Of a stretch of DNA of 64,000 nt, positions 1 to 11,304 are shown in pieces (the stretch's first letter is position 1; every line of letters starts with the position of its first letter). The stretch is from Savitreella phatthalungensis (Eukaryota). Where the stretch lies: the NCBI GenBank assembly GCA_051599415.1, contig AP039709.1, forward strand, positions 186,001 through 250,000. Reading direction: 5' to 3'. The position numbers and the translations under genes are program-made. Below the pieces are notes generated by a model. The model had not been told where the DNA came from. It was given only the letters and a program-made list of their open reading frames with translations, and made no database searches.

Positions 1-1164
1 CTGCAGCTCGAGTGTGGGCACTCTGTGTGGGGCGGCTGAGTCTACGGCGCTCGGTGCACCACGTGTGTCCTTTGAACGCTCGGGACTGCGGACGGCTTCA
101 GCTTGGGTGCGGCGTGCGACGGCTGCGCTGACGAGCTCAGAACGCCTGTCTGCGCCGGTGGTTGAGGCGGCCCAGCCGACTTCGAGGTCGATGTTACCGA
201 GGACAATCCGGCCTGCTAGCTCGCTTGCTTCGTGAGCGTGGTGAATGTAGCCGATTTGGGAAGCCAGACGTCGACGAAGCTTGTGAAGTGCGTGAAAGAT
301 TGGCCTGTCTGTGAAGTCTTCTGGGTACTCTCTGAGCCAGGTGAGAAAGAGACCACCGAGTGCTTGGCCTCGTGGCCGCACTGGAGACAACTCGAATATG
401 AATTGCTTCTGGTTGCGCCGATTGTTCGCATCGCTTATCTCGTCCTCGTACCTGGTGGCGAGGGCGCTGAGGAGGGCGGAGGGCGTGCACCAGCGGCGGT
501 AGAATGTGAGGAACGTGAATTTCGAGAAGGATCCATCTAGGACCTTGTCTAGGGTGACTTGCCACTCAAGTCGAGCTTCTACATCGCGGGGATCGCGATC
601 GCGATCACGTCGACGGATTGTGGTCTTCCTGCCACCTGGCAGGGCCTGGCGTGCTGAGCTACATAGCTCTGGTGAGGCTGATGTGGGTCTGCGGTTGAGG
701 GGTGCTTTGCCGCGACCGAGAGGTGCCTCTTTCTGCTCCTGCAGCTGTTTTTGCCGCTGCTGCTTGAGATTGAGTTGGTGGAGGAGGTAGGAGCTCGAGG
801 ATGTGGGTCTGGGGACTGTGGCTCTGTGGGTGCGTGCTTTGGCAATGTTGCGGGCGAGTGCGTGGAGTGTTGCTTTGGGTTCCAGCAGGAGCTGAATCGG
901 GAGATGGGTCGGAAGCACGGAGGTGAGGACGTCGTCGAGCTGGACAACGATGACTCCCTCGACACAGACGACGACATTCTGTCGGACGGGCGGATCAGCC
1001 AGGTTCGCCACTTCCCAGGCAGACAATTCTACTAGGTCGACACCGACCTCGTCTGCGGCCTCGTACAGACCTGCCAGCACGCTGTGAGCCAGTGAGCACT
1101 CATCTAGGATCAATGCTACTTCGGCAGTGTGACGGAATCTGGCAACCCGCGTATGTGGGCTCAT
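1..1164 (-). CDS. RasGEF-family protein, N-terminal part (REM domain); runs off left edge
   Basis: Not in the ORF track because no stop lies in the window. Manual translation from ATG at 1164 is open to position 1 and contains TFLTFYRRWCTPSALLSALATRY...FLTWLREYPEDF, typical of the RasGEF_N/REM domain. Confidence 0.7.
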   Translation of the reverse strand, partial: MSPHTRVARFRHTAEVALILDECSLAHSVLAGLYEAADEVGVDLVELSAWEVANLADPPVRQNVVVCVEGVIVVQLDDVLTSVLPTHLPIQLLLEPKATLHALARNIAKARTHRATVPRPTSSSSYLLHQLNLKQQRQKQLQEQKEAPLGRGKAPLNRRPTSASPELCSSARQALPGGRKTTIRRRDRDRDPRDVEARLEWQVTLDKVLDGSFSKFTFLTFYRRWCTPSALLSALATRYEDEISDANNRRNQKQFIFELSPVRPRGQALGGLFLTWLREYPEDFTDRPIFHALHKLRRRLASQIGYIHHAHEASELAGRIVLGNIDLEVGWAASTTGADRRSELVSAAVARRTQAEAVRSPERSKDTRGAPSAVDSAAPHRVPTLELQ

Positions 1165-1543
1165 CCGCGACCGTCAAGCAGAGCGAACTGGTCAGTCGGG
1201 CTTCCTTTTGAAAGAGTGAGAGTGAGGTGAGAGAGAGCGTGAGTGGGACATGATGACTGTGTATGGTTGTTGGGGAGCGAGAGTAGTAGAAGTTGTAGGA
1301 AGCCACATGGGAGAAGGAGATGTGAAGTGCAAGGGCTAGAAGAAGGCGGCTTCTCAGGAATGCTGCGTGGGAAATAACACGAGAGGCACAGGAGGAGAGT
1401 ATGGTAGCAGACGCGTGTCGGTCACGCTGGCGCATGGGTATATACATATCGCCTGGAGTAAAAGCAGTCCTTGTAGAAGGACAAGTACGGTCGGGTTGAC
1501 TCGGCTATAGACATGCTTATTGGTAATCTACAATGGTTGTGTT

Positions 1544-4500
1544 TTAGCGACGAGCTCGCTTCCGTAGCCTGGTATTGACACTACCTGAGTCCTCCTGTTC
1601 CTGTTTGTGATGCGGTCGTACAGGAGTTTGGATCGGGGTTGCGGCAGATTGACGTGATGGCCTGCGGGTGGATGACGTTGGGGCGACCATATCGCCACGG
1701 ATGCTCTCGAGCATGGAGACTTCCGAAGAACGTGTCTTGCGCTTGAGCGAGCTGACTGAGACTGGGGTCTTTGTCGGGGTCGCTTCTGCTGCTGCTGACG
1801 CGCGAGTCGTAGATCGTCGCGTGGACGATAGAGGTACCGACGGTGGTACTGGAGGTGTAGGTCTCGCGCGGGTGGATCGTGGTGACTCTACTTGCTTTGC
1901 GACAGTGGCGACGACGCTTGATGGAGCTCCCTTGCGACGGGTGACCCGTGTCGAATCAATTTCTTGCGCACTTGCCGCTGCCACGGGCGTCTCATCTTTG
2001 ACGATGCCAGAAGGGGTGCTGGACACCGCTGCAGCAGCACCACGACGTGGTCGGCTGGGAGTCAAGGGAATCTCGACAACAGGATTGGTTCGTCGCTTCG
2101 ATGGAGTTTCCTTCCGTTGTGGTACTGGCTCAGGCTCTGGTTCCGATTCTGGCTCTGGCTCCGGCTCTGGTTCTTGCTCTGGCTCTGGAGTTGCTGGTGG
2201 ACTGATCCAGGGCTCTAGCTCTTTGATGGATAGTCCGACTGGCTTGAAGTCTTTGTCGAAGCATCGTGCACGGTGACTGCTTGGGTCGATGTCGAAGGCT
2301 TGCTCTGCGTCTTTCGCGTGCTGGAGGATGGCTGGCAGGTGTTGCTGGACTGCGAGTGCGAGGATGTGCTCTGGCTGAAGGTCGTCCGGATAGGCTTCTA
2401 AAATGTTGCGGAGCAGGGAGTAGAGATCGAGCTCGAAGCCACGGGTGTCTGTGTAGAGCGTCCTGGAGAGCTTCTGCTTGATCGTGTACCAGGTCGTCCG
2501 GCCTGCGGATGAGGGGAGCAGGTCGATAGTGAGTGTGGTAGTGTCGAGCAGGGATTCTGTGTCGATGGCTGCGATCGCGTCGACGACGTCCCTGAGAACG
2601 GGCTGGAGTGGCAGATAAATCAGCTCAGTTAGCTTCTCTCGCATGTCTGACATATCAGCTCGGACTTGCTCGCGCTCGAGCATCTCGTCCAGTAGTGATT
2701 TCACGTGTTCGAGCTGCTCGAGCAGGTTGCGTGCAAGGGCAAGCCGAGATGCGCGCGTTTCAGGATCTAGATGGAGGTGGGCGTCGTCTTGCGACTGGAT
2801 TTGAAGACGCTTGAGCAGGGATGCTCCCTTTTTCGCCCGCCTCTTGAGTGACCAGTACTTGCAGACGTCTGCGATGAAGGCGTCCTTGCTCCGGACCTTG
2901 AACTTCTGCATGTACCGCTTTATCTGGTTGAAGACGAGGGCTGGAATGACTGCGGATTGACGAGCTCTGCGGTCTTGCTGAGCGCGCTTGTTGCGGAGTA
3001 TGTCGTCGAAGGTGCCCGCGTTTGAGCGGAGGAGGTCGTGGAAGTATTTTTGTGCTTCTTTGAGGGAGTGATCGAGATCGACGTGGTCGGAATACCAGTC
3101 TGGCGTGTGCTTGTCACAGAACGCTCGGCCTGTCTGCGCGTTTTCCTGCGGGTTCATCTGCATCAGCAGCTTTGCACGCTTAGCGCAGCTGACATGGAAG
3201 CTGGCGTAGCACGCCTTGTTGTGACATTGGATACAGGCGCCGACGCGGAGCTTGCAAATGTAACACACGAGCTTCCACCGCTGATTCGGGATGCTGCCGA
3301 CGCCTTCAATTGGTTCTTGGAAGACTGGGTTGCCGACGTGTGTCTCTGGAATCCAATTTGCGCATTGGAGATGTGCCCAATGGAGGTCGGACGTCTGCTT
3401 GAACGCACCTGTGGTGCTCGGGCAGAAGAGGCACGCGACAGGGTCGTGAGGGGATGCGAAACACTTTCGACAGAGCCATTGCCCCTCTGGTATGTAAGGT
3501 ACGCCGTAGCATTCCTGGTGAACTGCGATGTTGCATCCGTCGCAGAAGACGATTGCATTAGTGTTTTCGCACTCGCCGTCATCGCAGATTGCGCATTTCG
3601 CATCTTCAGCGTCTGCCTGCGGCTCGTCCGAGGCGTTTGCGGAGGCTTGCGATTGGGTCGGGAAGCGACGCTCGAGTGCCATCCAAGACTTTTCGATCTT
3701 GGTCATCGTGATCTCAAAGACTTCAGGCGAGATGGCATCGTCACCGTCACCCAGACGACGCGCGTTGTACCCTTGCAGCCAGACATCATCTTGATCGTCC
3801 ATGTCGTACTCGACGCGGTCTGCAAGGTCGGTCTCTGCAACGTCCATCGTGCGGATGTAGGCGAATTCAGGCCGGACAAAGGGCCTATCGGCCTGGTAGC
3901 CGAATGCGATAGCGTTACCTGTGAGTTTGACATTGGATCTGTCACTGCCGTGACCGGATTCGAGCTTTCTGAACGATGGTTTCTTGAGCTCGCCAATTGA
4001 GAAACCTTGCTCTTGTCTGAGGCGCTCGTACTTCTCCTCCGTAGAGACCTCGCTCCTGAGCAAGCGGTCGGAAGGTGCGACTGGGATGGAAGGCCGCCTG
4101 AGGCGGATGATGGTCGGTCCACCTTGCATTTGCTCTTCTGCTGCAAGGCTGTCGGAACTATTGTTTGCTGGCTCTTCAGCCTGGAGAGCTGGATCGATAG
4201 CGAGATTGCGCCGTGGTGAGGCTGTTGGTCTTGGGAGGGTCGTTGAAGAGCCCGCACCTAGGGCAGGCTCTAGGAGTGGGACGAGTGTCTCGTAGGAAGA
4301 TGCATTGCCAGCTTGCGACCAGTTGAACAGGTCATCTCGATGACCGTCAGGCCTATCAGAAGCCTCTGACTCTGTGGGCGTGACATCGCCTGGACGATGT
4401 TCATGCAGCTTGGCATGCCCGTGACCGTTTGTGCTGCCATTGAGATGCGACTGCTTGCGCGCGTGTGCGCGGTGACCGTCGGTTGCCTGCTTGACGAGCA

Positions 4501-4804
4501 CGAGCTTCAGATATGTCCTGAGAGCTGGATGATACTCTGAAAAGGGACGCTCTTCTCGAGGGATATGTGAACGGTCACCTTCGAATTCGTCCCGCGTCCG
4601 ACGACGATTGCCAAAGGTCTGATTTTGAGGCTGCGTTTCCGAATGAGGGAGGTCATGATCGTGGTCGTGTTCATGGCCGTGAGCATGAGCATGAGCATGG
4701 GTGTGAGAGTGAGCGTGAGCGTGAACGTCAGGTTGTGACTCTGACATTTCAATCATGTCTTCCACGCCGTGCTGACTCAGTGAGGATGCCATGGGCACTG
4801 CCAT
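1544..4804 (-). CDS. NTO1: NuA3 HAT complex subunit Nto1/BRPF-like (EPL1 region, PHD-Zn knuckle-PHD)
   Basis: VEYDMDDQDDVWL (EPL1), CAICDDGECENTNAIVFCDGCNIAVHQECYGVPYIPEGQWLCRKC PHD, second PHD CYIC...ACIQC...FHVSC, YWSLKR motif. Confidence 0.9.
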   Translation of the reverse strand: MAVPMASSLSQHGVEDMIEMSESQPDVHAHAHSHTHAHAHAHGHEHDHDHDLPHSETQPQNQTFGNRRRTRDEFEGDRSHIPREERPFSEYHPALRTYLKLVLVKQATDGHRAHARKQSHLNGSTNGHGHAKLHEHRPGDVTPTESEASDRPDGHRDDLFNWSQAGNASSYETLVPLLEPALGAGSSTTLPRPTASPRRNLAIDPALQAEEPANNSSDSLAAEEQMQGGPTIIRLRRPSIPVAPSDRLLRSEVSTEEKYERLRQEQGFSIGELKKPSFRKLESGHGSDRSNVKLTGNAIAFGYQADRPFVRPEFAYIRTMDVAETDLADRVEYDMDDQDDVWLQGYNARRLGDGDDAISPEVFEITMTKIEKSWMALERRFPTQSQASANASDEPQADAEDAKCAICDDGECENTNAIVFCDGCNIAVHQECYGVPYIPEGQWLCRKCFASPHDPVACLFCPSTTGAFKQTSDLHWAHLQCANWIPETHVGNPVFQEPIEGVGSIPNQRWKLVCYICKLRVGACIQCHNKACYASFHVSCAKRAKLLMQMNPQENAQTGRAFCDKHTPDWYSDHVDLDHSLKEAQKYFHDLLRSNAGTFDDILRNKRAQQDRRARQSAVIPALVFNQIKRYMQKFKVRSKDAFIADVCKYWSLKRRAKKGASLLKRLQIQSQDDAHLHLDPETRASRLALARNLLEQLEHVKSLLDEMLEREQVRADMSDMREKLTELIYLPLQPVLRDVVDAIAAIDTESLLDTTTLTIDLLPSSAGRTTWYTIKQKLSRTLYTDTRGFELDLYSLLRNILEAYPDDLQPEHILALAVQQHLPAILQHAKDAEQAFDIDPSSHRARCFDKDFKPVGLSIKELEPWISPPATPEPEQEPEPEPEPESEPEPEPVPQRKETPSKRRTNPVVEIPLTPSRPRRGAAAAVSSTPSGIVKDETPVAAASAQEIDSTRVTRRKGAPSSVVATVAKQVESPRSTRARPTPPVPPSVPLSSTRRSTTRASAAAEATPTKTPVSVSSLKRKTRSSEVSMLESIRGDMVAPTSSTRRPSRQSAATPIQTPVRPHHKQEQEDSGSVNTRLRKRARR

Positions 4805-5118
4805 GACCTCTCTGACGCTCTATAGACTTACAACATGGGTGTAGGATGTCGTTGAAGTCCAGCTGAAGACTGGGAAGCCTTGAGGAAGGGGCTGACGACG
4901 TTCTTAACGCGTCTGTACGTATGTGAGAGTGTGTGTTTGAGTGCGTGTGTATGTGTTTGTGCATTTTTAATTTGTGAGAGTAACTCGAGTAATTGATTGA
5001 TAGCATGCACGTGATTTAACATCTTGCACTCGTACGGGAAACGTCACTCGTGCCAACACACCTCTCAAGACACGTCTCTCTAAGGGTTAGCGTTGGATTG
5101 TGAGTGGGTCGAGAGGTA

Positions 5119-5976
5119 ATGAGTTCTTCATGGTATGATATTCTGAGTAGCTTACTAGGGTGGAGTTACTTTGTATGCTGGAGTATCTCATTCTATCCTC
5201 AGTTGCTGCTGAACTTGCGCCGTCGGTCGGTGGTGGGATTGTCTGTTGACTTTCTGTGGTTAAACGCGCTCGGCTTTACGTGCTACAGCCTGTACAGCTT
5301 GCTGTTCCTGGCGAGTGACCGGGTGCGCGAGGAGTATCGATTCAGGGAAGGTGGAGAGCCGCTGGTGAGGGTGAATGACGCTGCCTTCGCAATCCACGCG
5401 CTACTCGTGACTACCGCGACAATCGCGCAGGTGTACTTGCTCGGGTACACGCGCGCAGGGTACCAGAAGCTTTCTGGCTGGTGCAGGTGGTTGCTGGTAG
5501 GTGTTGCGGTGGTGCTGGTGCTGCTGGTGGGAAGTGCATGGCGGAATGAGATCTCTGGGGAACGGAGACAAGATGATGGATGGCTTTGGATCGATATCGT
5601 GTACGCACTGTCGTACATCAAGCTTGGCACTTCCGCCATCAAGATGCTGCCGCAGCTCTACTTGAACTGGGCACGTAAGTCAACGCGTGGATGGAGTGTT
5701 GTGAATGTGCTGCTGGACTTTTCTGGTGGAGTGCTCTCTGTCGCACAGATTGTGTTGGATGCTGCAGTCGCTGGAGATCTTTCTGCGATCCGGGGCAACC
5801 CTGTCAAGACGGGACTCGGTCTGCTGGCGATTGCTTACGATGTGCTGTTCATCTGCCAGCACTACTTCCTGTACGGTGACAAGGATGCACCTGAGGAGAC
5901 TGATTCTGATGCACTGGAACGGGCACGTCGCGGCGTCGCCGGACTGCCTGACGATGAACGTCAACGACTCATATGA
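5119..5976 (+). CDS. ERS1: Cystinosin/ERS1-like PQ-loop vacuolar transporter
   Basis: GWSYFVCWSISFYPQ and second PQ loop (MLPQLYLN), LLDFSGGVLS, C-terminal ExxxLI sorting motif. First ATG at 5119. Confidence 0.88.
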   Translation: MSSSWYDILSSLLGWSYFVCWSISFYPQLLLNLRRRSVVGLSVDFLWLNALGFTCYSLYSLLFLASDRVREEYRFREGGEPLVRVNDAAFAIHALLVTTATIAQVYLLGYTRAGYQKLSGWCRWLLVGVAVVLVLLVGSAWRNEISGERRQDDGWLWIDIVYALSYIKLGTSAIKMLPQLYLNWARKSTRGWSVVNVLLDFSGGVLSVAQIVLDAAVAGDLSAIRGNPVKTGLGLLAIAYDVLFICQHYFLYGDKDAPEETDSDALERARRGVAGLPDDERQRLI

Positions 5977-5980
5977 TTTA

Positions 5981-7051
5981 TCAATGCACATGCTCATGCC
6001 CGAGTCGCGTGATGACCTCCTTCGGCATACAGAATCTCGGGTCTACCGATCGAATCTTGTGTTTGCCTAGAAGTCCGAGGCCCGCAAGTGCGAAGCAGGT
6101 GTGGTTGATGTCTGGTTCGTCTCCTGGTCTATCGGCGAAACCTCCGTCTTGTGTATCTTGTGCAGCGAGGATGAAGTGTGTGAGCGCATGCCCATCTATC
6201 CAGCTGACGTTGTTCCGACCTGTCATTGCAAGGGCTGCTATCACCCACCATGAGTAGCACACGTCTTCTAGTTTTTGCGGTCGGCCGTTGAGTCCTCCTG
6301 ATGGTGTCTGTCGCTGTGATAGCCAGGCGGCTGTTGCATACTGTTCCGTGTGTGAGAGTCCCGTGGGAGTAGCTCGGGGATGGGCGTTGTTGTCGAGGAG
6401 GGTGATCATAGTGAGTGTTCCCAGGGCCGTGAAGCAATGTGCACCGTGAGATTCTCCCTGCGGCACGCCTCCGTATCCACCATCGATGTTTCTGCACTGT
6501 GCTACCCAAGCTCGGACTGCCGGGATGTCTAGCGTGTGAGATCGTTGGAGAAGGACGAGTGCCTGTGTGGCAGCGTAGTTGAGCCTCATCTCCTTCTCGC
6601 CCCAGATGTCGCCCTTGATAGCGCCGTCCGCGGGATCCTGGAGGCTGCAGATATATGAGACCACGCGATCCTGCTCTGCTGAAGGCAGCGCGTCGTCGAG
6701 AGCGTTGTAGATCTGGAGGATCTGGATGGCGTGGAGGGTAGGGACGATATGGGCGTCATGCCCGGGTGCCGCACCAAAACCGCCCTGTGTGTGGTCTCGA
6801 CACAGAAGTACCTCATCGATGACTTGCTGCCGCGGCAGAATGATTTGGGTGGGCGAGTCCAGGAGGTCCAGGCAGTAGAGGGAAATGACGGCCCAGTAGA
6901 TGGCGTGAAGACGCAGATGTGATGTCAATTGGTACTCCAAGCTGTCTCTCTCCACATGGTATAGCTGCCTGATGAATCTGGCATGAGCATCAGTAGCTAT
7001 AGGGTCTTCACAATCATGAGCTGGAATGAAGGCAGCATCCTGACTGCTCAT
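5981..7051 (-). CDS. BET2: Rab geranylgeranyltransferase (GGTase II) beta subunit
   Basis: [57 protein letters not shown] prenyltransferase repeats. Confidence 0.92.
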   Translation of the reverse strand: MSSQDAAFIPAHDCEDPIATDAHARFIRQLYHVERDSLEYQLTSHLRLHAIYWAVISLYCLDLLDSPTQIILPRQQVIDEVLLCRDHTQGGFGAAPGHDAHIVPTLHAIQILQIYNALDDALPSAEQDRVVSYICSLQDPADGAIKGDIWGEKEMRLNYAATQALVLLQRSHTLDIPAVRAWVAQCRNIDGGYGGVPQGESHGAHCFTALGTLTMITLLDNNAHPRATPTGLSHTEQYATAAWLSQRQTPSGGLNGRPQKLEDVCYSWWVIAALAMTGRNNVSWIDGHALTHFILAAQDTQDGGFADRPGDEPDINHTCFALAGLGLLGKHKIRSVDPRFCMPKEVITRLGHEHVH

Positions 7052-7267
7052 GGACCACGACGATGACTTTGACTGCGCGTGACGTGTGACGTCTCTCTCT
7101 TCTCCACAGATCTTGGTTTTCTAGTTTTATTGAGAGGCTTCATTATACGTATGCAAGTATAAGATTTGAGTACGTGAATGGGTGAAGCGCGCTAGCTAGC
7201 AAAGAGTCTCTACAATGATGGAAATTGAAGAAGAAAGTAGGGAAGTGAATGAAGTCGATGGAGAGCT

Positions 7268-10200
7268 CTATAGGTCGAAAGACTTTTCATAGTCATCGTG
7301 CTCGCCGTTCTGGTGTTGCTGGTTCTGGTGATTGGCACGAGCGTCCTGTTGTGCTTGGCGGAGTTGCTGGAGGGTTTGAACGCTTTGAGACGAGGCGCGA
7401 CGCTGGGTAGCTTCGCCTGCGTCTGCCGTGTACTCTGCTTCGTCAGGAACTGCAAAGCCTTGTGTCCAGAGCTGACCGAGGCGACCCTCGATGTGGCCAA
7501 TCAGGTCCTTGTCGGCAGCGGCGGAAGCCTGTGGTCGACCGTCGTTCGTCCGCACAGACTTTGATTCCTCGTCGTCCTCATTCGCGTCTGCATCGTGGGA
7601 GATGTCTGAACGCTCACCGATCGAGCGACCTGTGCCGCGACGTGAGTGGTGCGGTCGGCGCTGCATCTTGCCAAAGGTGTCATCGAAGTAGTGTGCAGCA
7701 GCTGTGGATGGTGTTCGCGGTGTCATCGGCAGACGACATGTGATACCGGTGTCGTGGATCATTTTGGCGACTAGTCCTGTCCAGCCGAGCTGGTGGGAGG
7801 CGCCGAGACCGCGACCGTTGTCTGCGTGGAAGAACTCGTGGAAGAGGACGTGGTCACGGAAGTGGGGATCGTAGTCGAGCTTGTCGCTTCCACCGTTCGC
7901 TGCTCGTCTGCCTTCGTCATCGCGCGCAAAGAGATGCTGGACACGATGCTGGATCTCCTCCGCTACGTGTCCCAGGTGCATGTATTCGCCAGAGCCCTTC
8001 GGGCACTCGACCTTCAGGGACTCGCCGTAGTACATATAGAAACGCTGGAGAGACTCGATGAGGAGGAAGGTGGTGGCAAGCCAGATTGGACCACGCCAGT
8101 TGGAGTTGCCGCCGAAGAGACCGCTGTTGGAGTCACCGGGGACAAAGTCGACGGTGAAGTCCTCGCCATTCACATTCATGCTGTATGGGTTCTTCTCGTG
8201 GAACTTTGAGAGAGAACGGATACCGTACTGTGAGAGGAACTCGTCCTCATCGAGCATGCGCTCGAGAATCCGGACAAGTCGCTCCTTGGAGACGAGCGCG
8301 AGGAGAAGACGCTCACCCTTACCGCGCTTCGAGATGGATGCAATGTTGCGGTTGGCCACGTCGGATCTGTTCTTGACAAACCAGTCGAGCCGGCGCTTGA
8401 AGGACGGGAAGCGAGAGATGATCTCTGGCTCGAGTGTGAGTGTGGCGTAGAGCGGCATGAGACCGACGAGGGAGCGGATCGGCAGCTGCTGGTGGAATGG
8501 ACCACCCCAGGTGATCGAGTCATAGTAGAATCCGTCCTTCTCGTTCCACAGGGAGATCTCCTCCTCTGCGCCACCGTTCTCCGGACTGAGGGTCATGGCG
8601 TCGGCGATCAGGAGGAAGTGCTCAAAGAACTTTGAGGCTATGTCCTCGTACGTGCGCCTATGCTTGGCGAGCTCGAGGGAGATGTTGAGCATGTTGAGAC
8701 AGTAGAATGCCATCCATGAAGTTCCGTCTGCCTGCATGAGCGTGCCTCCTGTCGGGAGAGCCTCTGACCGGTTGAAGAGGCCGATGTTGTCGAGTCCGAG
8801 GAAACCACCCTCAAAGAGGTTGCGTCCGTCAGAGTCCTTCCGATTCACCCACCAGGTGAAGTTGAGGAGGAGCTTCTGGAAGACGCGCTCGAGGAAATCG
8901 AGGTCTTCTCTACCGTACATCTTTCTCTCCATCTTGAAGACTCTGAAGGTGGCCCAGGCGTGGACTGGCGGGTTGACGTCTGAGAAGTTCCACTCGTACG
9001 CCGGGAGACATCCGTTCGGATGCATGTACCACTCGCGCGTGATCAGGTCGAGCTGCTTCTTTGCAAACTCTGGATCAATCATGGCGAGTGGGATACAATG
9101 GAAGGCAGTGTCCCAGACTGCGAAGAACGGGTACTCCCACTTGTCTGGCATGGAGAGGACGTCGTCAATGTGAAGGTGACGCCAGCCCTGATTGCGGACA
9201 TTCTTGCGTCCTGGCGGGGGAGGCGGTTGGGTGGGATCGCCCTTTGCCCACTGATCCCAGATGAACTGGTAGAACTGCTTGTTCCACATCATGCCGGCAA
9301 GCGCCTGGCGCTGGATGTTGCGAAGGTCGTCAGACATCGGCATGGGCGAGATACGCCAGAAGAAGTCTTCTGCCTCCTGGTGACGGAGCTCAACAACGTC
9401 GTCAAAGGCCTCTTCGTCCACGACTCCGTCCGTGGTCGTCAGCTTGATCCGAGCCACCACACAGTCTCCGGGTGGACAGTCCTGGAAGTTGTACCAGGCT
9501 GCTGATTTTGTGCCGCGGTTCTCTGGGTTGACGACATCTTTCTTGTTGCGGATGATGTGTTCGTGGAAGGCGTCCTTGACGTAGGGTGCCTCGTTCTTGA
9601 CCTCGTACAAGGTCTTCTTGTTGGTCTCGTTCTCGGTGAAAAGGAGGGTGGGCTCTACGTCATCTGAAGAAGGTGTGACACCAGGGGATGTGGAGCACTG
9701 AAGGAAGCGCTCGCCAAGGTTCCAGTGGTTTGCCTTGATAGTCGTGCCACTTGACTTTTCGAGTCCTGGCTTTCTGTCTGCATCTTCGTGGCCCCAAGTC
9801 CACGTGTTTCGGAACCAGAGCTGAGGGAGGATGTGCAGTGATGCAGGTTCTGGACCACGGTTGTAGGCTGTGATCCTGACGAGGACGTCCTCTGCAGAGT
9901 CCTTTGCATACTCGATGTAGATGTCCCAGTACCTGTCATCCTTGAATGCGTCTGTGTCTGTGAGTTCGTACTCTGGCTGGGTGCGATCGCGCTCGGCGTT
10001 CTTGTCGACGAGCTGCTGGTATGGGAATGCGCGCTGCGGGTACTTGTACAGCATCTTCATGTAGGAGTGTGTTGGTGTGGAGTCGAGGTAGTAGTACTGC
10101 TCCTTAACGTCCTCTCCGTGGTTACCCTGGTGACCAGTGAGACCGAACAGACGTTCCTTGAGGATGTCGTCCTCCTCGTTCCAGAATGCGAATGAAAGAC

Positions 10201-10450
10201 ACATGTACTGATGGTTGTCTGAGATGCCTCCGATGCCGTCTTCGCCCCATCTGTAGGTCCTTGCATGAGCATGTTCGAATGGGAAGTTTGACCAGGCGTC
10301 ACCGTTTTCAGAGTAGTCTTCACGGACTGTTGCCCATTGACGCTCGGATAGGTATGGTCCGAATCGCTTCCAGTAGGCTGTACGCTTCTTGTCTTCCTTT
10401 AGACGCTTTTCCTCTGCGGTCTCATGGTTTGTTCCCATGTAGAGGACCAT
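7268..10450 (-). CDS. GH63/MGH1-like glycoside hydrolase (YMR196W-like)
   Basis: GPYLSERQWATVREDYS, SMPDKWEYPFFAVWDTAFH, FGGNSNWRGPIW, GLGASHQLGWTG are characteristic of this family. Confidence 0.85.
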   Translation of the reverse strand: MVLYMGTNHETAEEKRLKEDKKRTAYWKRFGPYLSERQWATVREDYSENGDAWSNFPFEHAHARTYRWGEDGIGGISDNHQYMCLSFAFWNEEDDILKERLFGLTGHQGNHGEDVKEQYYYLDSTPTHSYMKMLYKYPQRAFPYQQLVDKNAERDRTQPEYELTDTDAFKDDRYWDIYIEYAKDSAEDVLVRITAYNRGPEPASLHILPQLWFRNTWTWGHEDADRKPGLEKSSGTTIKANHWNLGERFLQCSTSPGVTPSSDDVEPTLLFTENETNKKTLYEVKNEAPYVKDAFHEHIIRNKKDVVNPENRGTKSAAWYNFQDCPPGDCVVARIKLTTTDGVVDEEAFDDVVELRHQEAEDFFWRISPMPMSDDLRNIQRQALAGMMWNKQFYQFIWDQWAKGDPTQPPPPPGRKNVRNQGWRHLHIDDVLSMPDKWEYPFFAVWDTAFHCIPLAMIDPEFAKKQLDLITREWYMHPNGCLPAYEWNFSDVNPPVHAWATFRVFKMERKMYGREDLDFLERVFQKLLLNFTWWVNRKDSDGRNLFEGGFLGLDNIGLFNRSEALPTGGTLMQADGTSWMAFYCLNMLNISLELAKHRRTYEDIASKFFEHFLLIADAMTLSPENGGAEEEISLWNEKDGFYYDSITWGGPFHQQLPIRSLVGLMPLYATLTLEPEIISRFPSFKRRLDWFVKNRSDVANRNIASISKRGKGERLLLALVSKERLVRILERMLDEDEFLSQYGIRSLSKFHEKNPYSMNVNGEDFTVDFVPGDSNSGLFGGNSNWRGPIWLATTFLLIESLQRFYMYYGESLKVECPKGSGEYMHLGHVAEEIQHRVQHLFARDDEGRRAANGGSDKLDYDPHFRDHVLFHEFFHADNGRGLGASHQLGWTGLVAKMIHDTGITCRLPMTPRTPSTAAAHYFDDTFGKMQRRPHHSRRGTGRSIGERSDISHDADANEDDEESKSVRTNDGRPQASAAADKDLIGHIEGRLGQLWTQGFAVPDEAEYTADAGEATQRRASSQSVQTLQQLRQAQQDARANHQNQQHQNGEHDDYEKSFDL

Positions 10451-10689
10451 AGTGTGGGTAGTATGAGATGAGCGTGAGCGTCAGCGCGTGTGTGTGTATG
10501 TGTATAGGAGCGAGTCTGCCTGATAAGTCTATAGTTCTATGGTGGATGTGGAAGTGGATGTCTCTACTGTACTGGTGGAGTTTAAGGAGGAGGAAGAGTA
10601 GAGTAGATGTTGGAGATGAGGATAAAGGTGAAGATGATCTGGATGAAGACTGGGAGAAAGGGATGGAGAGAGATAGGTACAGACGTTGT

Positions 10690-10840
10690 ATGAGAGTGTG
10701 TATGAGAGAGTGAGTGTATGAGTGTGAGTGTGAATGTATGAGTGTGAGTGTGAATGTATGAGTGTGAGTATGAGAGTGTGAGTATGAGAGTGTGAGTATG
10801 TGGATAGCCCAGTGTGAATGAGTACTGTGTGAATGAGTGT
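10690..10840. repeat. Degenerate GT/GA-rich microsatellite-like tract
   Basis: Repeated gagtgtgagtgtgaatgtat and gagtatgagagtgt units upstream of the GH63-like gene. Confidence 0.8.
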
Positions 10841-11304
10841 AGATGGATATATATGATGACAGAGTACGTATGCACGTACGTTCAATATGCTTAGCAGCGA
10901 ATTCTAATTAACTTTAACTTTAATTTCTAGAATCAGGAGTGGACTTTTCAGGGTATATAGTGTTATACATTGCACATGTAGATGAGTATTAATTGCTATT
11001 TTGATACAAATCTATTACTATTTTTGTATTTGCACTAGATATATTGATATGTACGTCATTCCGCAGCTTAAACGAGCTTCCATAAATCAGATCACGTGCA
11101 ATCCCATACACCATCCACTCTCACATGGGACACGCATATACGCACACACTCACTCACACTCATACACACCTGTGAGATAAATACACAAAGAGGGTATTCC
11201 GAGGATGACAATTGACAATGACAATGACGATGATGATGATGATAGATGGGAATGTGAAAGTTGGAGGCAAATCGGTCGATCTATGGTGTCTGGTGGGAAA
11301 TCAT

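Noticed and set aside
3038..4000. Long antisense or alternate-frame ORFs (also 11388-12131, 22472-23317, 38571-39938, 53188-54045)
   Set aside because: Shadows of real GC-rich genes with no recognisable motifs; several lack an ATG start.
4775..4836. GTAAGT donor after ATG-TT upstream of NTO1
   Set aside because: No canonical in-frame YAG acceptor found nearby.
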